This document shows positions 63,340 through 64,000 of a stretch of 64,000 nt of DNA, piece after piece (within the stretch, counting starts at the first letter, position 1; each line of letters opens with the position of its first letter). The DNA comes from Pristiophorus japonicus (lineage: Eukaryota), in assembly GCF_044704955.1 (NCBI RefSeq), contig NC_091991.1, positions 45,694,001-45,758,000 of the forward strand, read 5' to 3'. The position numbers and the translations under genes are program-made. The notes under the pieces were generated by a model that worked only from the letters and a program-made list of their open reading frames with translations, was not told where the DNA came from and ran no database searches.

Positions 63340-63890
63340 GGAGCTGAAATTGATGAACTTACCGCCGACATTCCGCTGCTCGAACCGCCCAGTGCCACTT
63401 TCGAAGTGGCCTGGAGGGGAGAGCCATCAGGAAGTGCCCGCCGATGTCAGTGGACGGCCGATGCACGTAAGTACACTCCCGCCCGCCGAGATGCCAGATT
63501 GGTGCATGGAAGCTACTCTGTCCTGAATGGTGAGTGTCAAGATCCTGTAAAAAAAAAGGTAAATGGAATGTTTTTAAATTATTTCTTTACAGGTACTTAC
63601 CTGGATGGGATCCCCTGAAGGTCCTCAGATATTTTTTTTTGTTGGTGATGATTTTTATTTTTACCTCTTCAACCCTCCGTGGGCCCGACTCCATCCTCGG
63701 CAGCACTTGGGCGGCAAGTGCCTCTGCCGCCGAGAATGAGACCTCCCGCCCGCCCAGATTGGTGGTGTACGTCGTTGATTTGCCACCTGCCGACCTTCGA
63801 GGGACCTCGGCGATGAAAACCCCACCAAAAGTACCATCCTTTACCTCGGCGACACTTGGGCGGGCAGAGGCCTTGACCAAGTTTGGCCCC
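63340..63890. mobile_element. GG..CC MITE
   Basis: ta|ggagctgaaatt ... aagtttggcccc|ta. Confidence 0.7.
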
Positions 63891-64000
63891 TATAGTCACT
63901 GAAATCATACTTTTTCATTTCAGAATCCCATATATTATTTTTCAGTTTTCTCAAATAATAGCTGCAGATTTTGTGTTGCACAGGGCATATTCAAGTTTCA

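Overview
Eukaryotic (vertebrate) genomic DNA. The repeat complement (CR1, L2, RTE, Penelope-like elements, Deu-domain tRNA SINEs, Mag-type Ty3/Gypsy, PIF/Harbinger and its GG..CC MITEs) points by inference to a cartilaginous fish (shark). I could not identify any host protein-coding gene, so the window looks intronic or intergenic, and every long ORF is a transposon relic or a repeat artefact. It holds two full-length but mutated Gypsy elements with 5-bp TSDs, a near-full CR1, two internally deleted Harbinger transposons, an ERV-like 3' LTR, a tRNA-Phe relic and many MITEs. The most unusual object is the Gypsy copy at 30446-35206. It carries an in-frame inverted copy (~210 bp) of its own 3' end inside the integrase zinc finger, keeps its 5' LTR TATA box and has lost its 3' LTR TATA box. 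That is the architecture expected of a hairpin-RNA 'killer', self-inactivating transposon allele, but this function is a hypothesis. All alignments and counts were done by eye, and boundaries of old elements are approximate.
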